Assembly (NCBI GenBank): GCA_000004985.1
Contig: GG738868.1
Reading direction: 5' to 3' (one strand)
Length of the DNA stretch: 64,000 bases
Source: Naegleria gruberi
Lineage: Eukaryota
Shown: positions 47,801 to 59,390 of the stretch, one piece after another
Numbering within the stretch: position 1 is the first letter of the stretch
Layout: each line of letters opens with the position of its first letter
Translations under genes and position numbers: made by a program
Notes under the pieces: model-generated
The model's database searches: none
What the model saw: only the letters and a program-made list of their open reading frames with translations
What the model was told of the DNA's origin: nothing

Positions 47801-49635
47801 ATGACCAAAGTTGATACTGTGGCCTCTGTTCGTCCAGAAAATGATCAGCCAGTCACCACTTCAGCAAAAAAGAAGGAAAAGAAGAGAAAGCCCTACGTGA
47901 AGAGAGCATGTCTTTCTTGCCACTCTGCGCACGTAGCATGTGAGGCTGAGAGACCTTGTAAGAGATGGTAAGTATATGAATACAATGTTTTTTTTAATAT
48001 TCATGTGGTAAATTGTTATTAACATTGTATGACAATTTGAAATATAGTAAAAAGAAGGGAATTGCTTGTGTGGATTATATTCCTTCCAAGAAGAAGTCAT
48101 CATCAAAGGAGGAAGATGATGAACAAACCGATGTGAGTGATAATGAAAATCCTCTTGTTGTACAACAGCAAGAACAAGAACACACCTCTCCAAGAAAGAA
48201 GAAGAGAAGATCCCCTACTAGTGGCGAGCCATCGTGTGTTATTAGGATTTCTGCTCCATCTTCAATGGATGAACAAACATCCTCTTCCAACAAGCAACAA
48301 CAAGAACAATCGGAAGCCTTGAATAATTCTTCGAGTGCTCTCGTCAAGTCAGCCCTCACATCATCATCCTCAGCTGATATTAAGAAGAGAAAGACTTCAA
48401 AGAGAAGGAAGGATTCTTCATCGATTAAATCACCACCAGTACTACCATCCATAAAGATTGAAGATGTTCCTCTTGAAGAGGATTCAATGCATACATCATC
48501 CCCAACAATAACTTCTGCCGACCCAGTTAGTTTTGATCCTATAACCAATAATTTACCAATCTCGTCTCAAACAATACCACAACCTAATATGATTAATGCT
48601 AGTATGGTTAACCCTGACATTGCAGCTTCTGACAACAAGTCTCAAATGTCAATGTATCAACCATATTTCTGGAATCAAAATCCAATGATGCAACAATGGT
48701 TTGCTATGCAAATGGCACAATACCAAGCACACAATCAACATCTTCAACAACAAACAGGACAACCTCAACAAAATATGGTCTATCCACCATTCTTCATGAT
48801 GCCAGTAATGCCTCAACAACAAGCCCACACATTCCCAGTACAAACACCTACCTCTCCAATGCAAACAGATGTTGCAATGTCACCATCAACTGCTTTTCCA
48901 ACTATTGAGCAATCATATAATCCTGCATATGCACTTTCGTATAGTGTACCAAAACCAATCACCATGTTGGAAAATACTGATGATGGATTTTCATTCTTTG
49001 ACAATTCAGCAAACACCTATCCTGATAATGGAAATGCATTGATTGAAGAATTAGATGTAAACAATAATGGACTTGTGGAAGAACATTCTAATGATGGATA
49101 TAATAATGAAGAAAAACCAACACAAACTGTAACCACTCCTCCACCAAACAATAATACTACTGATAATCTGGCATTCTTTGAAGATGATGATTACTTTGGT
49201 ACTAGTGCTGCAGATTCTTATCCTAACTTTCCAGATTACACTTCCTCTCCACAGCCAACATTCCAAGAACCTCAAGAAAAGAAAAAACCAATTGTTGCCC
49301 CTCAAAAAGCAACAGATGATGATATTATAGATCTGATTACATCTGAGGCTTCTCTATTGACTGAAAAATCTAAAGAACAACAAAACAATCAAATCAACAG
49401 TCCAAACACAACACTGTCAAATATTGATTCTAGTGGTACTAATGGCTCATCAGACATTGACCTCACTGTGAATGACATTAATTATGTAATCAGTCAAGCT
49501 CCAGATAATATGATTTCAAAGCAAACTATTGGAGAACTCATCAAGAGAATATGGCAAACCCAAGAAAATCAAACAAAGGAAATTAACGAACTCAAACAAT
49601 TGGTTAGTGAACTCAAGAGGATGATCATTTCATAA
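47801..49635 (+). CDS. Zn(II)2Cys6 (Gal4-type) binuclear-cluster transcription factor with Q/P-rich region and C-terminal coiled coil
   Basis: Exon 1 at 47801-about 47967. Intron about 80 nt (GTAAGT...AATATAG). Exon 2 at about 48048-49635. The Cys6 cluster spans the junction (RACLSCHSAHVACEAERPCKRC-VKKKGIAC, spacing C-x2-C-x6-C-x5-C-x2-C-x6-C), followed by a basic region. C-terminal heptad segment ELIKRIWQTQENQTKEINELKQLVSELKRMI. Confidence 0.8.
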
Positions 49636-49836
49636 ACTTTGCACCTAAGATTTCAAAAGATAATAAACCATTAAACTTTTTTGAATAACAATAACTGAAT
49701 GAAAATATATGTACATCCGCCAAACTCTATTCTTCAAATTGAACAATAAAGCAATATGAAATTGAATCAATTTCAATCTCGAACTTGACAAAATTCACAA
49801 ATAAAAATAAAAATTAATTTCAAATACAAAAAAAAA

Positions 49837-51771
49837 ATGACGAAAAAGAAACCACAAAAAAAGTCATCACAATCCAACAATAATTCATCAGTGCCGTCGG
49901 GATCTAACAATGCAGGAAAACAATCCCTCACCGAGCACGAAATACAAATGGTTTTATTGGAGGAACAAGAAATTGATCAATTATTTTCTACCATGTCCCT
50001 GAAAAGAAAACCAATTGCAAAGGATGGAGCTTGTCTTTTTAGAGCCTTTTCTGATTTGTATTATGGAACACAAATTTATCATGATAGAGTTAGAAAATCA
50101 TGTATTGAATATATGAAAGAACACGAAAGTTTTTTTAAAGATTTTATATTTGAAATGGATTTTAATTCTTATATTAAATTCATGTCAAAAGCTACATCAT
50201 GGGGAAGTCAATTGGAATTGGAAGCTTTGGCTTCATTGTACAAGGTCAATATTACAGTATATGGTGTAAATGGAATCTTGACTGAACATAGAGGAGATCC
50301 AACTCTTGAAGCACAAGATGTGAAAAATCAATGGAGTTCTGATACTTCAATTTCTGATCTGATAAGACAAAAGAAACTGGAAAAGGTTGAACCAAAGAAG
50401 AGAAAGGAAATTAGATTAGCGTATTTGTATGGAAGTCACTACGACTCTGTTTATCCAGCAAATGAATTTATGAATACTATCATTGTTCAAGATATTATTT
50501 ATGATACCTTTATGGACCCATTTAAAAATGATTTATTTCAAAAGAAGGTTGGAACCTACAAGAATGTGGAATATGATGCTTGGTTAGATGAACTTGAAAA
50601 GATGGAAAAGAAATCTCTTCAAAAAGTTAAGGAATTATTATTTCAGAATGAGAAGAGTTATGATTTGGATGATCCAAGGGAATTCCCACAACTTGCAAAA
50701 CAAAGTTCAAACTCAATTTCACCACCAGTTGCTTCATCCTCATCAACAGATTCTGCAACACCACAAGATGGTTCTGCTGAAAATGCAGATTCATCCGTTA
50801 CAGTAGAAGAAAAACCAGTCAATGCTTGGTTGACTCAAGAGAAACCAAACTGGGCTTCAGTAGCTATAACCAAACCAGTTGAAACTCAACCGGAAGCACA
50901 ACCTGAAACTCAAACTAATGGTACCACTCCAACAATTAATGCCTCAACAAATAATAATAATAATGGAACTACCAAGTCAGTAATATCTCAATCCCACTCA
51001 TTAACAGTCAAAATGGAAACCAGTACTACTCAGGAATCCTCCAACAACAAGAAAAAAGCTAAAGGAAATCACAAATCAAAGAAACCAAAGAACACCGAAA
51101 TATCAAGTAATCAACAAGTTAAACCTAATACTAAGGATGATGTATCATTAACAAATGATGAAGTGAAACAGTCACCTCCAGTTGTGAATATTAATAACCA
51201 AAATAATTCATCTCAACAACAATCAGTGACAATTTCCCAACAACCACCATTAGTTTCTCAATTTTCTCCTCTTACTGGTTATCCTCAACAACCATTCTCT
51301 CCACCCCAATTTATGGGGCAACCTGGAGTCTTTCCTAATCAACCTCCTTTCCTTGTCATGATGCCTCCCCCAGGCACTTATCCAATGCCTCAACAAAATC
51401 CAAATAATGGAATGATTTTAATTCCAACTAATTTGGTTCCGCCAAATTTTGTTCCTCATTATCCAATGATGCCACCAATGCAACATCATGCAAATCAAAT
51501 TGTTCCTCCACCACAGCAGCCTGTTGTTGTTCAGAATCATCAACCAGTTATTCCTCAAGTTGTTACTGAACCACCTAAACCGGTCTCTGCCTGGTCCATG
51601 CCATTACAATCCAATCCAACTTCCAATTTGACTGTTTCTTCTGTTGTAAATTCACAACCAGTCTCTACTTCCACCTCAAGTAGTACTACACCAGCTCAAT
51701 CAACAACAAGTAAATCAGAACCATCAACTACACAGTCAGGCAATAAGAAGAATACAAGAAAGAAAAAGTAA
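49837..51771 (+). CDS. OTU-domain deubiquitinase with a long Q/P/S-rich C-terminal low-complexity region
   Basis: OTU catalytic motifs DGACLFRAFSDLYYG (Cys) and YLYGSHYDSVYP (His). 644-aa single exon. Confidence 0.75.
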   Translation: MTKKKPQKKSSQSNNNSSVPSGSNNAGKQSLTEHEIQMVLLEEQEIDQLFSTMSLKRKPIAKDGACLFRAFSDLYYGTQIYHDRVRKSCIEYMKEHESFFKDFIFEMDFNSYIKFMSKATSWGSQLELEALASLYKVNITVYGVNGILTEHRGDPTLEAQDVKNQWSSDTSISDLIRQKKLEKVEPKKRKEIRLAYLYGSHYDSVYPANEFMNTIIVQDIIYDTFMDPFKNDLFQKKVGTYKNVEYDAWLDELEKMEKKSLQKVKELLFQNEKSYDLDDPREFPQLAKQSSNSISPPVASSSSTDSATPQDGSAENADSSVTVEEKPVNAWLTQEKPNWASVAITKPVETQPEAQPETQTNGTTPTINASTNNNNNGTTKSVISQSHSLTVKMETSTTQESSNNKKKAKGNHKSKKPKNTEISSNQQVKPNTKDDVSLTNDEVKQSPPVVNINNQNNSSQQQSVTISQQPPLVSQFSPLTGYPQQPFSPPQFMGQPGVFPNQPPFLVMMPPPGTYPMPQQNPNNGMILIPTNLVPPNFVPHYPMMPPMQHHANQIVPPPQQPVVVQNHQPVIPQVVTEPPKPVSAWSMPLQSNPTSNLTVSSVVNSQPVSTSTSSSTTPAQSTTSKSEPSTTQSGNKKNTRKKK

Positions 51772-51927
51772 ATCAAAATTATTATTGAAAAAATTGATAA
51801 ATTTTAACAAATTGATAAATGAAAAGCTGAATAGGGCATCTTCAAAAGAATTAGAGATAGCCCAAAGATTGTCTTGATTATTTACAAATAACTGAAATGC
51901 AAATTAAAATTCTCAATAGTAATCTAT

Positions 51928-52263
51928 TTACAAATTATCTACAACTTGTCTCGATTGATAAAAACCATCTTTTGGATGATTTCTATGCCACTTTTTATGA
52001 TTGGTATCAGTGGATCGATGATACCATTGATCATTCGTCCTTCGCCTTATAATAGATTCCTGTTTCTTTGCTTCAATAAACTCTAACTTTTCCCATCCTT
52101 TTGCTGTGTTGTACTTTTCGAAAGTTACCGAAACACCTCGATCACTTTCTTTTGATCGGAATTTGTTTGTACTATACTTTGTGGAGGCTTCAGAAGTTTT
52201 AGGCACTCGAGGTGTTTGTGCCTTGACTTTGCCACTTCTTGCCAACGAACCATACATACGCAT
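51928..52263 (-). CDS. Small basic protein with an RPS30-like N-terminal motif and a divergent tail
   Basis: 111-aa ORF. Its start reads M-YGSLARSGKVKAQTPRVPK, close to the conserved ribosomal protein eS30 core ([22 protein letters not shown]). The remainder lacks the conserved K/R-rich eS30 tail. No spliced continuation is found downstream. Confidence 0.35.
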   Translation of the reverse strand: MRMYGSLARSGKVKAQTPRVPKTSEASTKYSTNKFRSKESDRGVSVTFEKYNTAKGWEKLEFIEAKKQESIIRRRTNDQWYHRSTDTNHKKWHRNHPKDGFYQSRQVVDNL

Positions 52264-52498
52264 TTCAGTTAAATTAATTTGATCAGATTTTTTTCTTGTT
52301 GTTTTTCAAATCTTAAAGTTAATTTTGGAATTTATTTTTCTCTCAAATTCAAAATAGATTCAAGCTTGACTTTGAACTTGAGAGAAAAATCCAATTCAAT
52401 ACCAGAATATTATAAAACTCTTTTTCAAATATTCTTGATTATAAAGCCAGAGTTGCGAAACTCACCTTAATATCGTAATAAGTTAAGAAGAAGAAAAA

Positions 52499-55400
52499 AT
52501 GTCTCTTCCTGCCCATAATTTTCTCTACAGGGATAATCCGATAGAGACAATGAAGAGGAATGTTGAGCAGTTTTTCAGGGGAGGACCACCAAGAGGGCTA
52601 CAACAGGCTCCACCTCCACTCTTTGTTAGGAATGTTTTGCCAACATCGAGAACACCTGTGTTTGCTAATCAACCTCCTTCTCCTTCTTTGCTGACTCAAA
52701 TGAATGAACAACAAACGAGTAGTGAGGAAGGAATTGATGAAAGGAGAGATAAGACCATTCTAATGAGTAGACCCCGAGAGTATGAAGACATCAATCAAGA
52801 TACCATTAAGGACACAGCCTTAGACTTTGAACATCAACAACAATTAAAAGAAAAATCCGATGTAAATAATAATAGAGAAAATAATATTGATGATAACCAG
52901 GAGAATAGTAATAATAGTAATAATATTAACGCAAATACTTTGGGAGAATTATTTTCAAATAGTGTACTATCATCTTACAAATGGTTAAAATTTGATGGTG
53001 ATAAGGCTTGTGTTTATTCCGATCAAAACCTCACAACTATTGTGGAGACTTATGAAGTATCAAAGAGGTTGGGGAAAGGATCAGGAGGAAGTGTCTTTTT
53101 GTGTACAAAACAATCGGATAAGACTGCAATAGCATTGAAGAAAGTCCATGTTGATGATAAATACTTGTTGGAGATGGCAGTAAAGGAGTATTCACTTCTT
53201 GTAAAGCTGAATGAGGAAGGAAAAGGAAATGATAATAGAATTACACCAGTATTTGAACTGTTCATTGATATTGATTCACGGAATGAAACTTACATTATGT
53301 ATTTTACAATGCCAGTGTATCATACAGATTTAGAGAAATATATGAAACAAGCGAGGAAGGATAGTACGATTAATCAAAATATTGTTTTGTCAGTAATGAC
53401 GCAAGTCTCAAAGGCCTTGTCTTACATTCACAGGAATAATATTTGCCATCGTGATATCAAGCCAGCAAACATTTTGGTGGAAGATGTGAAACCTGAATCA
53501 ATCACTTGCGTTTTGGCTGATTTTGGATTGAGTAAGGAAATTGAGGAATCATCAAGACATTCAAATGTGGGAACTTTGAGTTTTTTTGCTCCAGAAATTC
53601 TAACAGAAGAAAGTTATGGGCTGAGAGTGGATGTTTTCGGACTAGGAGTTGTCTTGTTCCAATTGATAACTGGAGACTATTCCAAGAAGATAGCTTGGGA
53701 ACTTGTCCAAAAACCAGAAAATCTTGTGGAGCAATTAATTCAACAACAAATGAAGAATGCCCTCCCAACATTGGAAGATGATATCATTCAAATTATTCTT
53801 CAAATGTTGAAGAAATCACCTCGTCAACGAATTCACTCAACAGAGATTTATCACTTTTGTTTGATGAAGAAAACCAAATCCAAAAAGTTGCAACAATTAG
53901 AGCACAGACTTTCAAATCAGCCTAAACCAATACCTCCACTTAGAACCTCCACTTTACCGCCCAATAGACCACCTTCAAGAAGTATTCCAGAATCAACATT
54001 ACACCAAACTCCAGAAATCAAATTACATGAAGTCCCTGTGGTTTCCTCGTCAAATGATTTACCATCCATTGATAGTTCAGTAAAAGTAAGATCAAAATCT
54101 TTCAGCCAAAGGCAAGATGTAGCGCTGCATGTTATAACAGAAACTTTGGCAGGCTCTTTCAGAAGACTATTCACAAAAACAGATGAAAACTCATTTACCT
54201 CTTTAGAGAGTGCTCTAGCTTTCTGCAGATCACAAGCACAAGATGTTACTTTTACCATATTACTTCATCCAGGAGTGCATAAAATCAAGCAGGTTTTTCA
54301 CATTGATAGATCAAACATAATATTTGAAGGTATTGAAAAGAATGATGAGGAGGCAATTGTTCAAGGAGAGAAAATAATTATTACTGCCAATGTTCTCTTT
54401 AGAAAAATTAATTTTGTAGGAAAGAAGATAATCAAGGGTAGTTTAATGACCAATCCTATAATTATTCAATGTCTGAATTGTGAACCAAAAATCTTGAACT
54501 GTAGAATTAAGGGAAAGGTGTCAATACATTCTAAAGTTCCAAATCTCTGCCCTCACATTGAAGGAACAGAAATATTTGGTAACAGTGATAAATTAAAAAC
54601 AGATCCTCACGAGAGACTTGGGAAAGAAGCATTGTACATTGAAAACTGCTTGCCAATTGTGACAAAGAATAGAATCCACGATAATGGTAAGTAATTTCTT
54701 TGACAAAACATTTTTTACATGAAACAGAAAGTGCAGGAGTGGGGTTGAAGAATTGTGGAGGAATATTCTCAAATAATCATGTGTATAATAACTTTATTTC
54801 AGAAGTACCGGCTGTAATTTTATCGAATGGATGTACAACAAGATTAGTTTCCAACATGTTTTATGACAATATTGCATGTATGTCTATTTCCAATTCTGAC
54901 TGCTGTTGTGAAAACAATGAGCTAAGATCGAGTAGAATTGGAATCAATGCCATTAATTCTTCTGTAATACTAGAAAATAATGAAATTGTAGGAATGAATG
55001 ATTGGGCCATGACTTTGAAGAAGTGTTCTAATTTTGTAAGTTCTCTTTGAGAATATAGCTAATCCACAGATTAGAAAATCACCAATAACAAGTTACACAA
55101 TAACAGGATAGGATTGTTTATGGACGAAATTAATGGAGAAGGGTTAGTGTCAGGAAATAGGTTTAGCTCTTGTAATTCAAAACAATTTTCATCCATTTCG
55201 ATAACTCACCTTTCAAAGATAACAAGTGTTTCTCTACAAGAAAATATGTAAGTGTAATTCAATTTAATGAAATATTTAATGAAATATGAGTCTAGATTTT
55301 TCCAAAACATTGGTGGGGCAATTAATATTTCTGGAAAGGAAGACCTCTCAGAGAATTACATGATCAAGTTGAATATTTCAAAGAATCAAATTTTCAATAA

Positions 55401-55793
55401 TTCAATGTATGGAATAAGGGTTCTTAATGCCATGGGAATTTTCATTTTGGACAATAATATCTTTTCTAATATGGACTCTGGTATAATATTGGATTCACAT
55501 CATGCTGTCACTGTTGAATACAACATTATTAAGGATCATGTTCAATCCCCAGCAATCAGTAAGTTGAAATTACATCTCTCTAATAACTTTGTTCTTTAGG
55601 TATTTTGAGAAATTCTAATCATTTAATTGTAAATAATTCACTTTCAGGAAATGCAAAATACGATTTATTCATCAAAGAACCATTATCAGAGGAATTCCCC
55701 ATGGTTATCAAAGACAACAAGCTATCTAATTCTGAAATAAGAAAGTCCATTCATTACGAAGGAAAAGATGAACAATTTTCAGAAAATGAATAA
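52499..55793 (+). CDS. Ser/Thr protein kinase fused to C-terminal parallel beta-helix (PbH1/pectin-lyase-fold) repeats
   Basis: Five exons (52499-about 54686, 54728-55035, 55075-about 55247, about 55296-55558, about 55600-55793) with introns of 41, 39, 48 and 41 nt. Kinase motifs LGKGSGGSV, AIALKK, HRDIKPANILV, DFGLSK and GTLSFFAPE. After a linker come at least eight PbH1-type repeats (ENCLPIVTKNRIHDNGESAGVGLKNCGGIFSNNHVYNN..., NNKLHNNRIGLFMDEINGEGLVSGNRFSSCN, NISKNQIFNNSMYGIRVLNAMGIFILDNNIFSN..., VNNSLSGNAKYDLFI). Track ORFs 54700..55050, 55267..55599 and 55605..55793 are exons of this gene. Confidence 0.75.
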
Positions 55794-55813
55794 AAAAACA
55801 ACAATTAATTTGT

Positions 55814-56716
55814 TTAAATTCCTGAAGATAAATCTGAATCACTACTATATGTTCTCATTTCTTCCAACTGAGCAACATTTTGAGAGGCAACAGTCTTGAA
55901 TCCAATTTCGTCTTTCATATCTTCATCAGTAAGGAGGCACCGTTGAGATTTATCCTTCTTTGAGTAGCTAGTCATACCATTCAGTAAATCTCGTCCTTTA
56001 ACACCATTTGTGATAACAGCCACAGAGATACCAACAAATACAATACAAGCTGCTCCAATTATAATAATGTACCAATAATTCTGTAAGAACCATATGAACC
56101 CTCTTCCGTAACTGTATTTCGTTTCGACATTAATCGTCAAGAGAGATGAATTCTCCTGATTTAAATTCACACTAACAAAAACATAAGAATCAGAGGTTGT
56201 AATGTAAACGATATGAGTGTCTTGGCTATCAGTTTCGTTCAAAACTTGAATATTCATAGCCTTTTGTCGTAATGTTCTAAGTGAAGGATCTTTAATAAAT
56301 TCAAAATAACCAGACCTGGTAACTATCATAAAATTGCATTTGACAGTTGCACAATTAGCTGATATTCTCAAGTTATCCAACATATTTTCCTCCGTAATAT
56401 TAAAAGGTATCGGAATGAGAGATGAAGCCGGTATTGTGTTATTAAATGAAAATAAAAGCTTCTTTCCATTACTAGTTGAATTTTGTTGAGGTGAAACATC
56501 ATTAAGGTTTGCCAAATCCAATGCTTCTGTAACACTATTTCCTAATACTAATACAGCTATTATACATGCTATCAATAATCCTAGATTTGATGAAACCCTA
56601 GAGTTTTGAATGTGACGGAAAATTATGCATTTTCCTAGCATTGTTTTGTTCAGTTTTTTTTGGGATGCGTTGTTAGTGCCCTTAATATACAGGATCGGAT
56701 CTCTTATTAGCTTCAT
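55814..56716 (-). CDS. Hypothetical type-I membrane protein (signal anchor, extracellular domain, one TM, short cytoplasmic tail)
   Basis: 300 aa. N-terminal hydrophobic segment (LGLLIACIIAVLVLG). A second TM (WYIIIIGAACIVFVGISVAVI) near the C-terminus with an acidic/Ser-rich tail. Its stop is 20 bp from the kinase gene stop. Confidence 0.4.
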   Translation of the reverse strand: MKLIRDPILYIKGTNNASQKKLNKTMLGKCIIFRHIQNSRVSSNLGLLIACIIAVLVLGNSVTEALDLANLNDVSPQQNSTSNGKKLLFSFNNTIPASSLIPIPFNITEENMLDNLRISANCATVKCNFMIVTRSGYFEFIKDPSLRTLRQKAMNIQVLNETDSQDTHIVYITTSDSYVFVSVNLNQENSSLLTINVETKYSYGRGFIWFLQNYWYIIIIGAACIVFVGISVAVITNGVKGRDLLNGMTSYSKKDKSQRCLLTDEDMKDEIGFKTVASQNVAQLEEMRTYSSDSDLSSGI

Positions 56717-56810
56717 TCAACAACAACGGCTACCAATCTTTTGATTCGCTCATTTATAGTAGTTAAGGGAATTGTAATATTGGGTTGATTAAAATATATT
56801 CACAAATAAT

Positions 56811-58990
56811 TTATTTGAATTGGACTTTGTTTCCTTCGAATTCGATAAGCAATTCTTCAATAGTCTTGACACCTTGTTCCTTATCGCTATCTCTAATTCT
56901 AATGTTAACACTGTCACTTTCCATTTCCTTAGGACCAACAACCAAAATATAGTTGTATTGAGACAATTGAGCATTTCTGATCTTCTTGTCAATTCTATTG
57001 CTGCTCAAATCAACATCAACGTAGTACTTGGCTTCATGGAGCCTCTTTTGAACCTTTTCAGCATATTCGTTGCACTTGTTGGAAACTGGAACAACGATAG
57101 CTTGTCTTGGTGAGAGCCAGAAAGGCCACTTACCACCAAAGTGTTCAGTAGCAATAGCCAAGAATCTTTCCAATGAACCAAAGATGGCTCTGTGGACAAT
57201 AACTGGTCTAGATTCAGTCTTATCTTCAGCAGCATAAGTCAAATCGAAACGAATTGGCAATTGGAAATCCAATTGAACAGTAGCACATTGATGTTCTCTC
57301 TTCAAAGCATCAGAAATGAGAATATCAATCTTTGGACCGTAGAAGGCACCATCACCTTCATTCTTTTGCCAAGAATGACCGAATTCATTCAAAGCAGCTT
57401 CCAATTGACCTTCAGCTTCATCCCATTGACTAATTTCACCGAGATACTTTTCTGGTCTAGTAGAAAGGAAAAGTCTGAATCCGAAACCAAAGATCTTGTA
57501 AATGTCTTGCATCATACGCAAAGCACCCATAATTTCACTCTTAATTTGATCTGGACGACAGAAAATGTGAGCATCATCTTGTTGGAATTTTCTTAAACGA
57601 GTCATACCAGTCAAAGCACCCTTCAATTCATTACGATGCAAAACACCAAAATCAGCAAAACGAATTGGCAATTCTCTGTATGATCTAGTTCTATGTTTGA
57701 ACATGAGACAATGGCTAGGACAGTTCATTGGCTTCAAGCTGTGTTGAGCCTTATCAATTTCCAAAACAAACATATTTTCAGCATACTTATCCCAGTGACC
57801 AGAAGTCTTCCATAAATCACTGTGGAAAACATTTGGAGTTTGAACTTCAGAGTAACCACGATGCCAATATTCATTTCTCATCAATGATTGAATGCTATTG
57901 AACAAACGTTGACCGTGAGGTAAGAAGAAAACCATACCAGGAGCATATGGATGGAAGAACCACAATTCTTGATCCTTACCAATGATACGATGGTCACGTT
58001 TCTTAGCTTCTTCCATCAAAGTTTGCCATTCCTTCATGAGTTTCTTGTCTGGGAAAGACATAGCATAGACACGTTGCAAAGTTTCCTTGCTAGCATCAGC
58101 TCTCCAGTAAGATGATGAGTTCTTAGTGACTTCAAAAGTGGTAACTTTACCAGTATTCAACAAGTGAGGACCCTTGCAAGGATCGATCAATCTACCACAA
58201 CGATAAACACTACAATAGTCTCCTTCCTTGACCTTTTCAGACAAGATTTCAACCTTGAACTTGTTATCAGCGAACAATTCAAGAGCTTCAGCCTTGGTGA
58301 TGAGCAATCTTTCGAAAGGTTGCTTTTCATTGATAATCTTGGTGACAGCATCCTTGACTTTTGGATAATCAGTTTCGGAGACAGAACTATTCATGATGAA
58401 ATTTGTTGTTGTTAATTATATTGATGTTATATTTCATAGAGTGTCATGTTGTTAATATTCAGTAGTTGTTATTATTATAATAATAATAGAGGAAGAATTA
58501 GTGTAGATAATAATAATTAGTATCATCATCATACAATAAAAACTTACTTATCACCCATGTAGGCTTCATAGTAGAAACCACCATCTTCCAATGGAGGTCC
58601 CTTACAGAGGAAGCATTTGAAAACATCTTCCATAGCTTCACCCATAACGTGAGAAGAACTGTGCCAGAAAACTTCCTTGGCTTCTGGGTGGTCAAACTTT
58701 AACAATTCCAAAGTACAATCACCTTCAAGAGCTCTACCCATATCCCACAATGCACCATTGACTTTAGCAACGACACAATTAGCAGCAAGACCAGCAGAGA
58801 TGGACATGGCAATATCGTGTGGAGTGGTTTCGTAAGCCTTACCAGGTCTAGTACTATTATCTGGGAGAGTAATAGTGATTTCCTTTCCAAGGACATCACC
58901 TAATTCTTGTCTTCTTCTTTCCTTGAATTCTTCAAAGAGTTTATTTCTCTTAGCATAGTATTCATCAATCTTTTCAAAACTGACGCTCAT
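56811..58990 (-). CDS. Threonyl-tRNA synthetase (cytoplasmic-type, N-terminal TGS and editing domains)
   Basis: Exons 58548-58990 and 56811-58386. Intron about 161 nt (GTAAGT...GAATAG). Collinear with eukaryotic ThrRS: TGS (ITITLPDNSTRPGKAYETTP), HSSSHVMGEAMEDVF, class-II motifs (FHSDLWKTSGHWDKYAENMF, RFADFGVLHRNELKGALTGMTRLRKFQQDDAHIF, GPKIDILISDALKREHQCATVQLDFQLP) and the anticodon-binding C-terminus. Confidence 0.9.
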
Positions 58991-59390
58991 TTTTTTTTAA
59001 ATAATCAAATTTAATATTTTAAAATTATCTTGTTTTTTTGCAATACCCAATTGAAATCGATAAAGTATTTATAGGTTTGAGAATCTGGATTTCTGGTCGA
59101 AGATATTGTTATCTGCACTGTATTTGATGAATTTGAAAGAAAACGGTGCAAATTCATAAGTGAATTTGAAACAAGAGTTAATTTGAAGGAGGTTCATATT
59201 CAGATTTATATTTAGGAGTGCAGCAATAATATTGCATTTGAATACGGTTCAACTTTATGAATGAACCAGTAACTTGTTGACCATGTTACAAGAGTAGCTA
59301 CTCATTTGAATTTATCAAATACACAATATCTTTGTATAAAATTAATGCAAATAGAAGATTGAAATAAATTAGATTTATTAATGTACAATA

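Noticed and set aside
48075-48548. 157-aa minus-strand ORF, antisense to the Zn2Cys6 gene
   Set aside because: It falls entirely within the better-supported plus-strand coding exon. The S/C/D-rich sequence is a low-complexity reflection of the sense-strand Ser/Glu-rich region.
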